This document shows, in pieces, positions 54,447-63,724 of a stretch of 64,000 nt of DNA. Position 1 is the stretch's first letter; every line of letters begins with the position of its first letter. This DNA is from Meyerozyma guilliermondii (taxonomy: Eukaryota). Below the pieces are notes generated by a model, which was not told the DNA's origin, made no database searches, and saw only the letters and a program-made list of their open reading frames with translations. The stretch lies in the NCBI GenBank assembly GCA_051546255.1, contig CP128820.1, forward strand, positions 62,001 to 126,000, read 5' to 3'. The position numbers and the translations under genes were made by a program.

Positions 54447-55487
54447 TTACAATTTGGCTTGGTCCAAATGAAGTGCTGTGGCATGGTCCGCCATTCCCAA
54501 TCCTGCCTGATACCCGTACCCTCCAGCTCCATAATTGTGTATAATTACAACTGATCCAATGGTTTGCTTTTCAATTCTAACACCACCTTCCCTGTATGGT
54601 CTCAAACCAGTGGCTACTCTCAATACTCTCATATTGGCGGTTTCTGGAAACAATGCCGTGGTTCTTTGTACAATATCTTCGGTTTCTGTCTTGAGAGTGT
54701 CACCCGACCAGTTACCACTTTGTACAAATCCACCAAGAACTACTTCGGTTGAATCTGGTCTCGGGATGATATAAGTGGCAGAGTCAGTTCCCCAAAACAT
54801 TCTGTTTTCCTTGATATGAGGAGCATCAATCACCAATACTTGACCTCTCACTGGAAATACCTTTTCGTCTTTGGTAAGATAATAGGCTCCGATTCCACTA
54901 CAGTTGAACAAGACTATGGTGGAGCTCGAAGTTGCTTCTGACAAGCTAGTTAAAGACTTTCTGGTAAATGTAACACCCAACAGCAGCAAATACTGATGAA
55001 AATGTTGGATGAATTTCGGACAGTTGAAGTTCCAAGTTGTGTATTTCACCCCAAACTTTTTGCCCTTCAAGTCTTTCTCAGGAATGATCGTAAAATTTTC
55101 AAGGTAGCCGGAAATTGAGTCAATCTTGGCTTGTGATGGTTCAAAGTCCCACATCTCCGTGGTTGGAAGTTTTGCAAGGCCACAATTGGGTCCCAATTTT
55201 TTGAACAATTTGCCCAAATTCGTGTATGTGAATTTGTCATACTTTAACGTTCCAGCATCGTCAGGCGAAATACACGAGAAGTTTCCTCCTGCCCAGGGGG
55301 ATGTGTATAATTTCGAAGTGTCTCCAGGTAGATGCTGTGCAACAATTTCAATATTTTTCGCAGCCACTCCTTTTTCAATCAATGAGTAGCAAGTGTAAAG
55401 GCCGATTACACCAGCACTAAAGGTTAGTATTGTCTCGTATGACAAGGGGTGGCTCACATACCCTAATATAACGTATTCTTTATCCAT
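54447..55487 (-). CDS. D-amino acid oxidase family flavoenzyme, peroxisomal (PTS1 AKL), spliced: join(55462..55487, 54447..55416)
   Basis: After splicing VILGAGVIGL FAD motif; YTSPWAGGN, PVRGQV, YIIPRP, GLRPYR, HNYGAGGYGYQ; ends AKL. Confidence 0.92.
   Translation of the reverse strand: MDKEYVILGYVSHPLSYETILTFSAGVIGLYTCYSLIEKGVAAKNIEIVAQHLPGDTSKLYTSPWAGGNFSCISPDDAGTLKYDKFTYTNLGKLFKKLGPNCGLAKLPTTEMWDFEPSQAKIDSISGYLENFTIIPEKDLKGKKFGVKYTTWNFNCPKFIQHFHQYLLLLGVTFTRKSLTSLSEATSSSTIVLFNCSGIGAYYLTKDEKVFPVRGQVLVIDAPHIKENRMFWGTDSATYIIPRPDSTEVVLGGFVQSGNWSGDTLKTETEDIVQRTTALFPETANMRVLRVATGLRPYREGGVRIEKQTIGSVVIIHNYGAGGYGYQAGLGMADHATALHLDQAKL
55417..55461 (-). other. In-frame 45-nt spliceosomal intron in the D-amino acid oxidase gene
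   Basis: GTATGT ... TACTAAC CTTTAG; removal restores GxGxxG. Confidence 0.92.
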
Positions 55488-55547
55488 GACGATATTGAAT
55501 GAACGGCCGTGCAGTAATTGATATAGTCGGCAATGGCGCTTAAAGTA

Positions 55548-55562
55548 TTACCGTTTTGGGCG
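55548..55562 (-). promoter_or_regulatory. Candidate Zn2Cys6 site CGCCCAAAACGGTAA in the oxidase promoter
   Basis: 14/15 identical to 59619..59633 in the permease/dipeptidase promoter. Confidence 0.6.
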
Positions 55563-56243
55563 ATGATAGATAAAGAATCCGCGTTTCGGTAATGACTCTA
55601 CACCAATTACAAAAAAAGGCTCTTGAATTGTAGGTCTTTCGTTTAGCAATTTCTTAATGCCTCCAAATCATTTTAGCCCTGCTTCTTTTCTCGGCCTTTT
55701 CAATTCTTTCGGCAATCACGACGCTAGTTGTATTCTGACGTTCTCTTATAAGCCCGTTTTAGCGCCATGCATTTTAAACCGTTGAATTTTAGCGCGATTT
55801 TTCGCCCGGGCACAAAATCGATTATGATCACTTCTAGTACTTTAAGCAATTGCAGTACTTGCTTGTTCGGAGATACTGGCTTGGTCACTTTCTGAAAGCT
55901 CCCTTTGCATATTCGGGCTCGACTTGAAAACTTGAAAAGTCTTTCAAATTGATATTTTGCAGTCAACAAGTATATAGAAGTATTCAGTAAAGTCATGTTG
56001 TAATACCTTTACCTTTGTAATTTGGTAAACTCTAGTCGTCTGATCTCCGGCGATCCGACCCAGATTGACAAATTTGTAAACATTTGTAACAGGATAAAGG
56101 AGTAGAGGAGTAGATAAAATGTGCGACACGCATAATGCGAAATTAGATAACGTTCAAGGCGAGATCGAAACTTTGCTTCGAAATTGCACAAAGCTCACAA
56201 GACGAAATCAGATGAAATAGGATCTATCCCGCTTAAAAGAGGC

Positions 56244-57861
56244 ATGACTACTCCAAAGTCCCGTGTACGGTCCAGACTCGGGTGCTTTACTTGTAGGAGA
56301 AAGAAGTAAGTATCTGTTCTGTGATTATAATCAATTGCTAACATTTAGGAAAAAGTGTGATCAAATCAAGCCAAAATGTGGTCCCTGCTCGCGAAGAAAC
56401 TCCCCTTGTGACTGGCCGGTCAAGGGTAAGGAGTATAAAAACAAAATCCCCAAAAGAGGAATTAGGTTCCTCGATCATAATTTCCCAGAAATACCTACTT
56501 CATACGCCACACCTGTGCAAATATTAACCTACATAAATTCATCAGCAAGTCTTTATTCGGATGAAAATAACCCCCTCGATACTACTTTACAAACAGATGT
56601 CATCGATGGATACATTGACAATAATCTCGTGGTACCTTCGAGCCCACTAAGTGACTCTCCTGTGTCATTGGATACGCTCATTTTCCCATTATATCAGTCT
56701 CCTTCGGTCCCGTTGTGCCTCAAGTTGTCGGCTTCTGAAACAGAACACTTTGAGTACTATTGTCATGCCGTGGCTCCCAAGATCTCGGTGGTTCCAAATC
56801 ATCTCAACCACTTTTTACAAGTGTTTCTTCCTTTGGCTTACGAAGACGAGTCTGTTCTCTACTGTTTGGTCGCTTGGGGATACACCATAAGAAATCATAA
56901 CAAACGACTACAACAAAAAAATTCATTTATGGACCGTGCAAAGACTTTTTTGGGTGGTAGAGAGCACAAGTTCATTTCTTCACTTGCCAGCTATATCATA
57001 CTCATGTGTATCGAGATTACCACGGGAGATACAATGGCTTGGTCAAGATACTTGACTAGCTGCTATGACTCCATAAACAAAATGGGAGGGTTTGGAATAC
57101 TCAAAAATTATTCTGAGGAAGGAAGAGCTCTTGCAGAAAACTTTGCCTACTTTGATATCCTTGCGTCGCAATCCAATGAAAATGGAACTTATTATCCCGT
57201 TTACGAGTATTGCAATCTTTTCAATACGACCAATACCGGTGGCTTCGTGGACCCTTTACTGGGCTGTACCCGTCCGTTAATCTTGATATTAGGCGACGTT
57301 ATCAACCTCATCGTGGAAATAAGAGCACTCAAAGAAAATAATTGTTACACTAATACTGAAAAATTACAAACAATTTTGACCAAAACCGAAGAAATAGAGA
57401 TGAAGCTAAAAAGTGCCCGAATTTTCACCATAGATTATCAGATCTTGGCTGAGTCGAATGACAACGAAATGAACTATCACCGTCAAATGTTTGAACTATA
57501 TCGTATATCCATACAGATGTACGTCAAACAAGCTATACGTCGACTACCTCCCAACGTTCCAGAGATGCAACTCTGCTTGGGTATGGCAAATGAAAATCTA
57601 AACTCTTTGATAGAGAGTCCCTTGCGACTGGGATTGAGTTTTCCTTTGTTAATTACAGGTATGAATTCCGTCACAGAAGAAGACAGAAACCGTACCAGTT
57701 GCAACTTGGAATTGCTTGGTCGTAACTACGAGTTTGATTCCATAGACAAGCTCAAGCAGTTGATTCAAGAGGTTTGGAATCTCAACAAAGATGGTTCATT
57801 GTGTATCGACTACTTTGAGGTGACTAGGAAGTTTGGCTGGAAGCTCAACATTGGGAGATAA
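56244..57861 (+). CDS. Zn(II)2Cys6 transcription factor (Uga3/Arg81-like architecture), spliced: join(56244..56305, 56349..57861)
   Basis: Splicing GTAAGT...TGCTAACATTTAG yields RSRLGCFTCRRKKKKCDQIKPKCGPCSRRNSPCDW (complete C-X2-C-X6-C-X6-C-X2-C-X6-C); C-terminal FAYFDIL, DPLLGC, FPLLITG. Confidence 0.9.
56306..56348 (+). other. Spliceosomal intron (43 nt) splitting the zinc cluster
   Basis: GTAAGT ... TGCTAAC ATTTAG; needed for six correctly spaced cysteines. Confidence 0.9.
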
Positions 57862-57877
57862 TCAGAATTTCATTTTG

Positions 57878-59467
57878 TTATACATAGTTCCACAATAAGC
57901 TCCATAACGTCTTTTTCCTGTCCTTTGGTTCGGAACTCAACTCCAGCTCAGAGTTCTCTTCTTCGATTGGTGTATGTTCTTCGTAATCCACTCTTTCGCT
58001 CACAAAATCCATATCCTCGTAAGACACCCACTTACTCTTCAAGTAAATTTTATAGGCACCCCAAATGACGAAGAACAAAGGAAGCATAATGTACAAATCA
58101 ACAAATTGGCCGGCTTGGAATGGAACAAACACTGTCCATCCTTGTACCAAGCACAACACCAAGCCCAATAAAATACCAAAATAATTGATATAGGGATAAA
58201 GAGGTATTTTGAATGGTAAGTCACTAATCAGGTTACCAGCTCTTACCCAACCTTTTCTGAATCTGTAATGTGCAAAAATTATACCTGTCCACACAATGAA
58301 AGCACTCACTCCTGCTAAACCCACGATGTAACTGTAAGCAACCGCCGAGCTGCTTTGCATCGATAACAACGAAAGAAACCCAAAAAGATGAACTGTGTTG
58401 GTAGCCACATATGGAACACCAGCTTTGTTCACTTTTGCCAAAATCTTTGGAGCATAGCCATCAACTGCCAATCTTAATACACAGCGCCCACAGAAATAGA
58501 CAGCGCTATTGATGGAGGAAATACAAGTGATGAGAATTATTGTGGTAACGAAATAACCAGCATTCGCCCATCCGGCTTTTATCAATGCAATGGTCATGGG
58601 AGATCTCATCACTTTATTATCCGCAGACAAACCCTCGTCGTTCCATGCGACTGTTATACCGTAGGCAATGGTTATGCCGAAATAGATGAAAAAAATTCTG
58701 AAGATGGACTGCAGAACCGCTCTTCTGACGGACTTTTTCACATTTTTCAGCTCCAGAAAAGTGATCGACAAGCTCTCAATTCCAGTGTAGAAAACCCCCG
58801 CGTACACAAAAGAGTTGGCAATACCTTTGAAACCATGTGCCAAGGGGAACTCGCCAAATGGGTTTCCTGGGGACTTACCTTTCACTCCTCCAGCAGCAAA
58901 GATCACCGCAAATAAATAGAACCCTGTGAGGAAAAGAATCTTTATGAACGCCAAAATATACTCAACTTCGCCAAAGACATCGACTCCGAACATCTGGTAG
59001 ATGGAAAAGAAAAACCACAATATCAAGTAGTAGCCGTAAATGGGAACTTTATCACTGTAAAACGACAACACCGATGTCACAGAAACATACTCAGCGATGA
59101 TATTGCATACCCACAAGAACGCATAGTTCCACCCTAGGGCAGCTCCAAATGCTGGATCCACCCACCGGGAAGCATGGGTATTGAAATTGAAATCAAATAA
59201 AGAGTTCATTTCTCCAATGCAAAACATCATCACCACTACCAAAAGTCCCACGATAGCAAATCCCACCAACAACCCAGCGGGACCTCCAGCATGCAAGGCG
59301 CTTCCCATACCAATAAACAACCCCGGACCAATGATACCAGCAAGCGCCATCATAGAAATATGACGAACTTTGAGACCTCGTTTGACCCCAGACTTGGGAT
59401 CTATACGACCGCGTCCCACACTGGACCGAGATGTTACGGCAATATTCAAGTGTCCTTGTTTCTCCAT
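57878..59467 (-). CDS. Amino acid permease (APC superfamily, yeast amino acid transporter family)
   Basis: KRGLKVRHISMMALAGIIGPGLFIG, RWVDPAFGAALGWNY, FGEVEY, about 12 hydrophobic segments. Confidence 0.93.
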   Translation of the reverse strand: MEKQGHLNIAVTSRSSVGRGRIDPKSGVKRGLKVRHISMMALAGIIGPGLFIGMGSALHAGGPAGLLVGFAIVGLLVVVMMFCIGEMNSLFDFNFNTHASRWVDPAFGAALGWNYAFLWVCNIIAEYVSVTSVLSFYSDKVPIYGYYLILWFFFSIYQMFGVDVFGEVEYILAFIKILFLTGFYLFAVIFAAGGVKGKSPGNPFGEFPLAHGFKGIANSFVYAGVFYTGIESLSITFLELKNVKKSVRRAVLQSIFRIFFIYFGITIAYGITVAWNDEGLSADNKVMRSPMTIALIKAGWANAGYFVTTIILITCISSINSAVYFCGRCVLRLAVDGYAPKILAKVNKAGVPYVATNTVHLFGFLSLLSMQSSSAVAYSYIVGLAGVSAFIVWTGIIFAHYRFRKGWVRAGNLISDLPFKIPLYPYINYFGILLGLVLCLVQGWTVFVPFQAGQFVDLYIMLPLFFVIWGAYKIYLKSKWVSYEDMDFVSERVDYEEHTPIEEENSELELSSEPKDRKKTLWSLLWNYV

Positions 59468-59606
59468 GTAATCAGATGCAGATTATTGAAAATGGAGTCC
59501 TTCTTATATATAGTTGGTTGTGCGCCATTATACTTATCTCTAAACTCTTTTTAAAACGAAAGGCTGCGAAAAAGTGCGCCTAAACTCCTTCCGCAATTAG
59601 TAGGCT

Positions 59607-59639
59607 GATAGCCGCCGCCGCTCAAAACGGTAACCGTTT
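59607..59639 (+). promoter_or_regulatory. Composite CCG/CGG element in the bidirectional permease/dipeptidase promoter
   Basis: GATAGCCGCCG (shared with ARO10 promoter) + CGCTCAAAACGGTAA (shared with oxidase promoter) + palindrome AAACGG-TAA-CCGTTT. Confidence 0.6.
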
Positions 59640-59721
59640 ACGCGCCACTCCGCACAGCGACCTTTTAAAAAGCCTATTGCACCGTATACAAATTATAAAA
59701 TCTACTCTAAATACGATTTTT

Positions 59722-60993
59722 ATGTATTGGGGAAAACCAAAAAATAACGAGGCAAGACTTGCACACATTTGCAAGTCCACTCCTATCATTGATACTCATA
59801 ATGATTTGCCTTATCTTTTACGGTTGCAACTTCATAATGAGTTTCAAGATGAGTTCAAATTCAAGTTTAACGACACCCTAACTTCAAACACCGATATTCC
59901 GCGGCTCAAGAAGGGCAAGATAGGTGTGCAGTTTCTCAGTTGTTACATAGAATGCAAGGAATCTGACCACCTTTATCAGGACTTTAACAAGCCGAATAGT
60001 GCCGTTAGAGATACCATGGAACAAATCGATGTCACGAAAAGACTAACTCAAGCGTACCCTTCTGATCTTGCACTCGTCCATAGCGCCGAGGAAGCCATCA
60101 AGCAGTACAAATGTGGGAAAATAGCAATTGCATTGGGAGTTGAAGGGCTTCATCAAGTGGATTCTTCGTTGGCAGTTTTGCGAATGTACCACGAATTGGG
60201 TGTACGTTATATCACTTTGACCCATAATTGTGACAATCCTTTTGCCACGGCCGCTTCTTCGGTTGTAGGAGGTTTACCGGACAAAGGATTGTCTTCTTTC
60301 GGTAAAGATTGCATCTTGGAAATGAACAGATTGGGTATCATGGTCGATTTGTCCCATGTCAGTTTGCGGACCATGTACGATGCTCTCGAGGTCACCAAAG
60401 CACCGGTGATGTTTTCCCATTCATCAGCTTTTGCATTGACCAACAATGAAAGAAACGTCAGAGATGATGTGCTTTTGAAAGTTAAAGAAAATGGTGGTGT
60501 GGTTTGTGTCAATTTTTTCCCAATGTTTCTCGTTCAAAAAGGCAGACTGGTGGACGAGGTTACCATTGAAGACGCAGTGGATCACGTTATGCATATTGTC
60601 AACTTAATTGGCTGGGATCATGTTGGGTTCGGTTCGGACTTTGACGGTATTCCCTGTGGTCCCCAAGGCTTAGAAGATGTCTCCAAGTATCCTGATTTGG
60701 TCTACAAACTAATGGAAAGGTCACAGGCCACCGACGACGATATAGCCAAAGTTATGGGAGGAAATGTCATGAGAGTGTGGAGAGAAGCAGAGAGAGTTTC
60801 TCAACAGAGTAAAGACATAGCTCCAGTGGAAACCAATTGGGAGAAAAGGGAGTGGAAATTTTTCAAATATTTGACAGAATTGCCAGAATTGTTTCCTGGC
60901 GCTTACAATGCCAAGAACAATGTGTATGACGACTCGCAGTCGTTGGTGTTGACCAATAGTGAAGAAGCGCTGAGCACTAATGCTGAGAATTGA
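59722..60993 (+). CDS. Peptidase M19 (membrane/renal dipeptidase family), apparently soluble
   Basis: IIDTHNDLP, GVEGLH, ITLTHNCDN, MVDLSH, FSHSS, RNVRD, GSDFDG metal ligands; no obvious signal peptide or GPI tail; ATG at 59722. Confidence 0.92.
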   Translation: MYWGKPKNNEARLAHICKSTPIIDTHNDLPYLLRLQLHNEFQDEFKFKFNDTLTSNTDIPRLKKGKIGVQFLSCYIECKESDHLYQDFNKPNSAVRDTMEQIDVTKRLTQAYPSDLALVHSAEEAIKQYKCGKIAIALGVEGLHQVDSSLAVLRMYHELGVRYITLTHNCDNPFATAASSVVGGLPDKGLSSFGKDCILEMNRLGIMVDLSHVSLRTMYDALEVTKAPVMFSHSSAFALTNNERNVRDDVLLKVKENGGVVCVNFFPMFLVQKGRLVDEVTIEDAVDHVMHIVNLIGWDHVGFGSDFDGIPCGPQGLEDVSKYPDLVYKLMERSQATDDDIAKVMGGNVMRVWREAERVSQQSKDIAPVETNWEKREWKFFKYLTELPELFPGAYNAKNNVYDDSQSLVLTNSEEALSTNAEN

Positions 60994-61193
60994 AAATTAG
61001 CCAAAAATCTGCTGAATTTGCCTCAAGTGAAAAAGCTCCAAGTCACAATAGAGAACTCTATTATATAGACCGTAACCGTCACAAAGATGACTTTATGTCA
61101 CAATGACATTGTGAAGTTCAGGGTCCACACCTAGACACCGGCCCGGGCTACAGATATGACTAATATATGCAAACCTTAGCACAACCTATTGTG

Positions 61194-61266
61194 TACTGCC
61201 GATTTCTATTGCCGATATATAGCACCGACTTCTACCGATCTACTGCCGATATCTACCGCCGACATT
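61194..61266 (+). repeat. Degenerate 13-bp tandem repeat with CCGA core upstream of the acyl-CoA synthetase
   Basis: tactgccgatttc tattgccgatata tagcaccgacttc taccgatc tactgccgatatc taccgccgacatt. Confidence 0.75.
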
Positions 61267-61459
61267 TAGCCCGTTCCAAGCGAACGCGCAAATACGAATA
61301 TTTTGCGAAAACCTCCATTATGTTCAAACGCAAAATAGCCCATTTCGCGCGAATCGGCCTGTATAGTGCTCGGTATACCCCACCTTTTCCGGCAATTGCC
61401 CGACTACCCCGGCTATAAAATAATCACTTGTTTCTTCTTCTCCAACTTCACATTTCCCA

Positions 61460-63724
61460 ATGACCCTCAAGTTTGCCGCGCCTGACTCGCCATACGTGTT
61501 CGAATCGACTCAGGGTATTGATGCCAATGATATTTTTGGCAAGGCAACTCCTCTTGATCCCCACACTTTGAAGGAAGCCGTACCTCTCCCCAACTCGGCT
61601 GAACCGGGATATAGTGCTATCTACCGTAACAAGACGTTTCCTGAAGCGTTGAAATGTGCTTTTTCACCTCAACTCACCACAGTTTATGAATTACTCATCA
61701 ATTCTTTCAAGTATTACTCCAACAAACCAGCGCTTGCTTGGAGAGAATACGATTACGAAACCGGTAAAAGTGCTCCTGATTACAAGTCTATCACCTATCT
61801 GGAGCTCAACGAGACCAGAAGTGCCTTGGGTGCTGGTTTGATGTACTTGTTGAAGTCGAATCCTTACAAAGATTCCGCCAGATATGCTTCCCATGCTAAG
61901 ATTGACAATCATGAAAGAGATTACAAAAGTTATGATTCCAACAACATGTCGTTTGTAGCCACCTTGTTCTCTGGCAATCGTGCTGAATGGTGTATTGCCG
62001 ACGTGATGACATCGACGTTTTCAATCACCAATACTGCTTTGTATGATACGTTGGGACCCGATACGTCGCAATTTATTTTGTCTTCCACCGAGTCGCCGGT
62101 CGTGATCACTTCTAGTGACCATATTGAAGATTTGGTGAAGCTCAAGGCCGACAACCCACTGTCGTTGGGTCAGTTTATTGCAATTATTTCCATGGATCCT
62201 TTGGACTTGAAAGGCTCTTCAGCCAAGGCTTTGAAGGACCAGGGTCTTGTGGCTTATGCCAATGATCACAATATTACCGTCCACGATTGGAATCAAGTAC
62301 GCCAACTTGGTGAAATTTTCCCCATTAACGACTTGCCTCCAACCACAGAATCCGTTTATACTATCAGTTTCACATCTGGAACTACTGGTGCGAATCCAAA
62401 AGGTGTCATTCTCACCCACAAAATAGCCACTTCAGGGATCACCTTTGTGTTGTCGCAGTTCCCTCAGGAGCCCAATGGCAGGGCTTTCTTGTTTCTTCCT
62501 TTGGCTCATATTTATGAGAGACAAAATTACGGTGTCGTTTTGACTGGCGGCTCATGCGCCGGATTTCCTCGCTTGCACGGCACGCCTTTGACTTTGGTGG
62601 AAGACTTGAAGATCTTCAAGCCCTCTCATATGTCTAACGTGCCTCGAGTTTACTCCAAATTTGAAGCTGCCTTGAGAGCTGCTACCGTTGACCACCCTAC
62701 CTCGGCCTTAAAACGGTCTCTTTTCCAAAAGGTAATCGACACCAAAATCGAAAAGAGAAGACAACACGAAGTGGGAGGTGATTACCATCTCTTGTACGAC
62801 CCTACTGTGATTAAAAAATTGCGTGCTCTGTTGGGTTACGATAACATGATTTGGACCGTTACAGGCTCTGCTCCAATCTCACCTGCGACTATTGAATTTC
62901 TCCAGGCAGCTTTAAATATTTCACTTTTCCAGGGTTATGGTCTTACTGAGTCATACGCCGGTATTTCGGCAAGTGTATCTAATGATTCTCTTGGCAGTTG
63001 TGGAGCCATAGGAATTACTGGTGAAATTCGTGTAAAAGAATTGCCCGAGATGGGATACCATTTAGACGGTCCAAACGGCCCCAGTGGTGAATTGATGCTT
63101 CGTGGTCCTCAGATTTTTGAAAGCTACTTTAAGAATCCTGAAGAAACGGCCAAATCCGTCAGCAAGGATGGATGGTTCAGCACTGGAGATGTGGCTCGGA
63201 TCTCAAAAGAGGGCCGGATTTACATTGTTGATCGTGTGAAGAACTTTTTCAAGTTGGCCCAGGGTGAGTATGTCACACCTGAAAAGGTCGAAAACACTTA
63301 CTTGTCTGGTAACCACTTGCTCACCCAAGCTTACGTCCATGGAGATTCGCACCGTCATTTCTTGGTTGCGGTTCTTGGAGTGGATCCTCAAGGAATTGTG
63401 AGCTTTTTGGTAGAGAAATGTGGCCATTCAAAGGCAAGTTTGAGAAACAAATCCCCACAAGAAATCTTGGAGATTTTGAACAAGCGTGAAGTCAGAAAAG
63501 AACTTTTGTCTATCTTGAATACTGGTGCCTATAAGAAGAAGGCTTTGCAAGGTTTTGAGAGATTACACAATATCTATGTTGAATTTGAGCCATTGACGGT
63601 TGAGCGTGGTGTGGTGACACCTACCGTGAAATTGAAACGTCCAATTGCTTTAAAGTTCTTCAAGACGCAGATCGAAGCCATGTACGATGAGGGACTGTTG
63701 CTTTACGACCAGTCGAAGATGTAA
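61460..63724 (+). CDS. FAA2: Peroxisomal-type fatty acyl-CoA synthetase (Faa2-like), C-terminal SKM
   Basis: TISFTSGTTGANPKG, LPLAHIYER, QGYGLTE, DGWFSTGD, DRVKNFFKLAQGEYVTPEK, TPTVKLKR. Confidence 0.85.
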   Translation: MTLKFAAPDSPYVFESTQGIDANDIFGKATPLDPHTLKEAVPLPNSAEPGYSAIYRNKTFPEALKCAFSPQLTTVYELLINSFKYYSNKPALAWREYDYETGKSAPDYKSITYLELNETRSALGAGLMYLLKSNPYKDSARYASHAKIDNHERDYKSYDSNNMSFVATLFSGNRAEWCIADVMTSTFSITNTALYDTLGPDTSQFILSSTESPVVITSSDHIEDLVKLKADNPLSLGQFIAIISMDPLDLKGSSAKALKDQGLVAYANDHNITVHDWNQVRQLGEIFPINDLPPTTESVYTISFTSGTTGANPKGVILTHKIATSGITFVLSQFPQEPNGRAFLFLPLAHIYERQNYGVVLTGGSCAGFPRLHGTPLTLVEDLKIFKPSHMSNVPRVYSKFEAALRAATVDHPTSALKRSLFQKVIDTKIEKRRQHEVGGDYHLLYDPTVIKKLRALLGYDNMIWTVTGSAPISPATIEFLQAALNISLFQGYGLTESYAGISASVSNDSLGSCGAIGITGEIRVKELPEMGYHLDGPNGPSGELMLRGPQIFESYFKNPEETAKSVSKDGWFSTGDVARISKEGRIYIVDRVKNFFKLAQGEYVTPEKVENTYLSGNHLLTQAYVHGDSHRHFLVAVLGVDPQGIVSFLVEKCGHSKASLRNKSPQEILEILNKREVRKELLSILNTGAYKKKALQGFERLHNIYVEFEPLTVERGVVTPTVKLKRPIALKFFKTQIEAMYDEGLLLYDQSKM

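Noticed and set aside
61194..61266. Repeat array considered as CRISPR-like
   Set aside because: 13-bp degenerate units without unique spacers, no cas genes, eukaryotic context.
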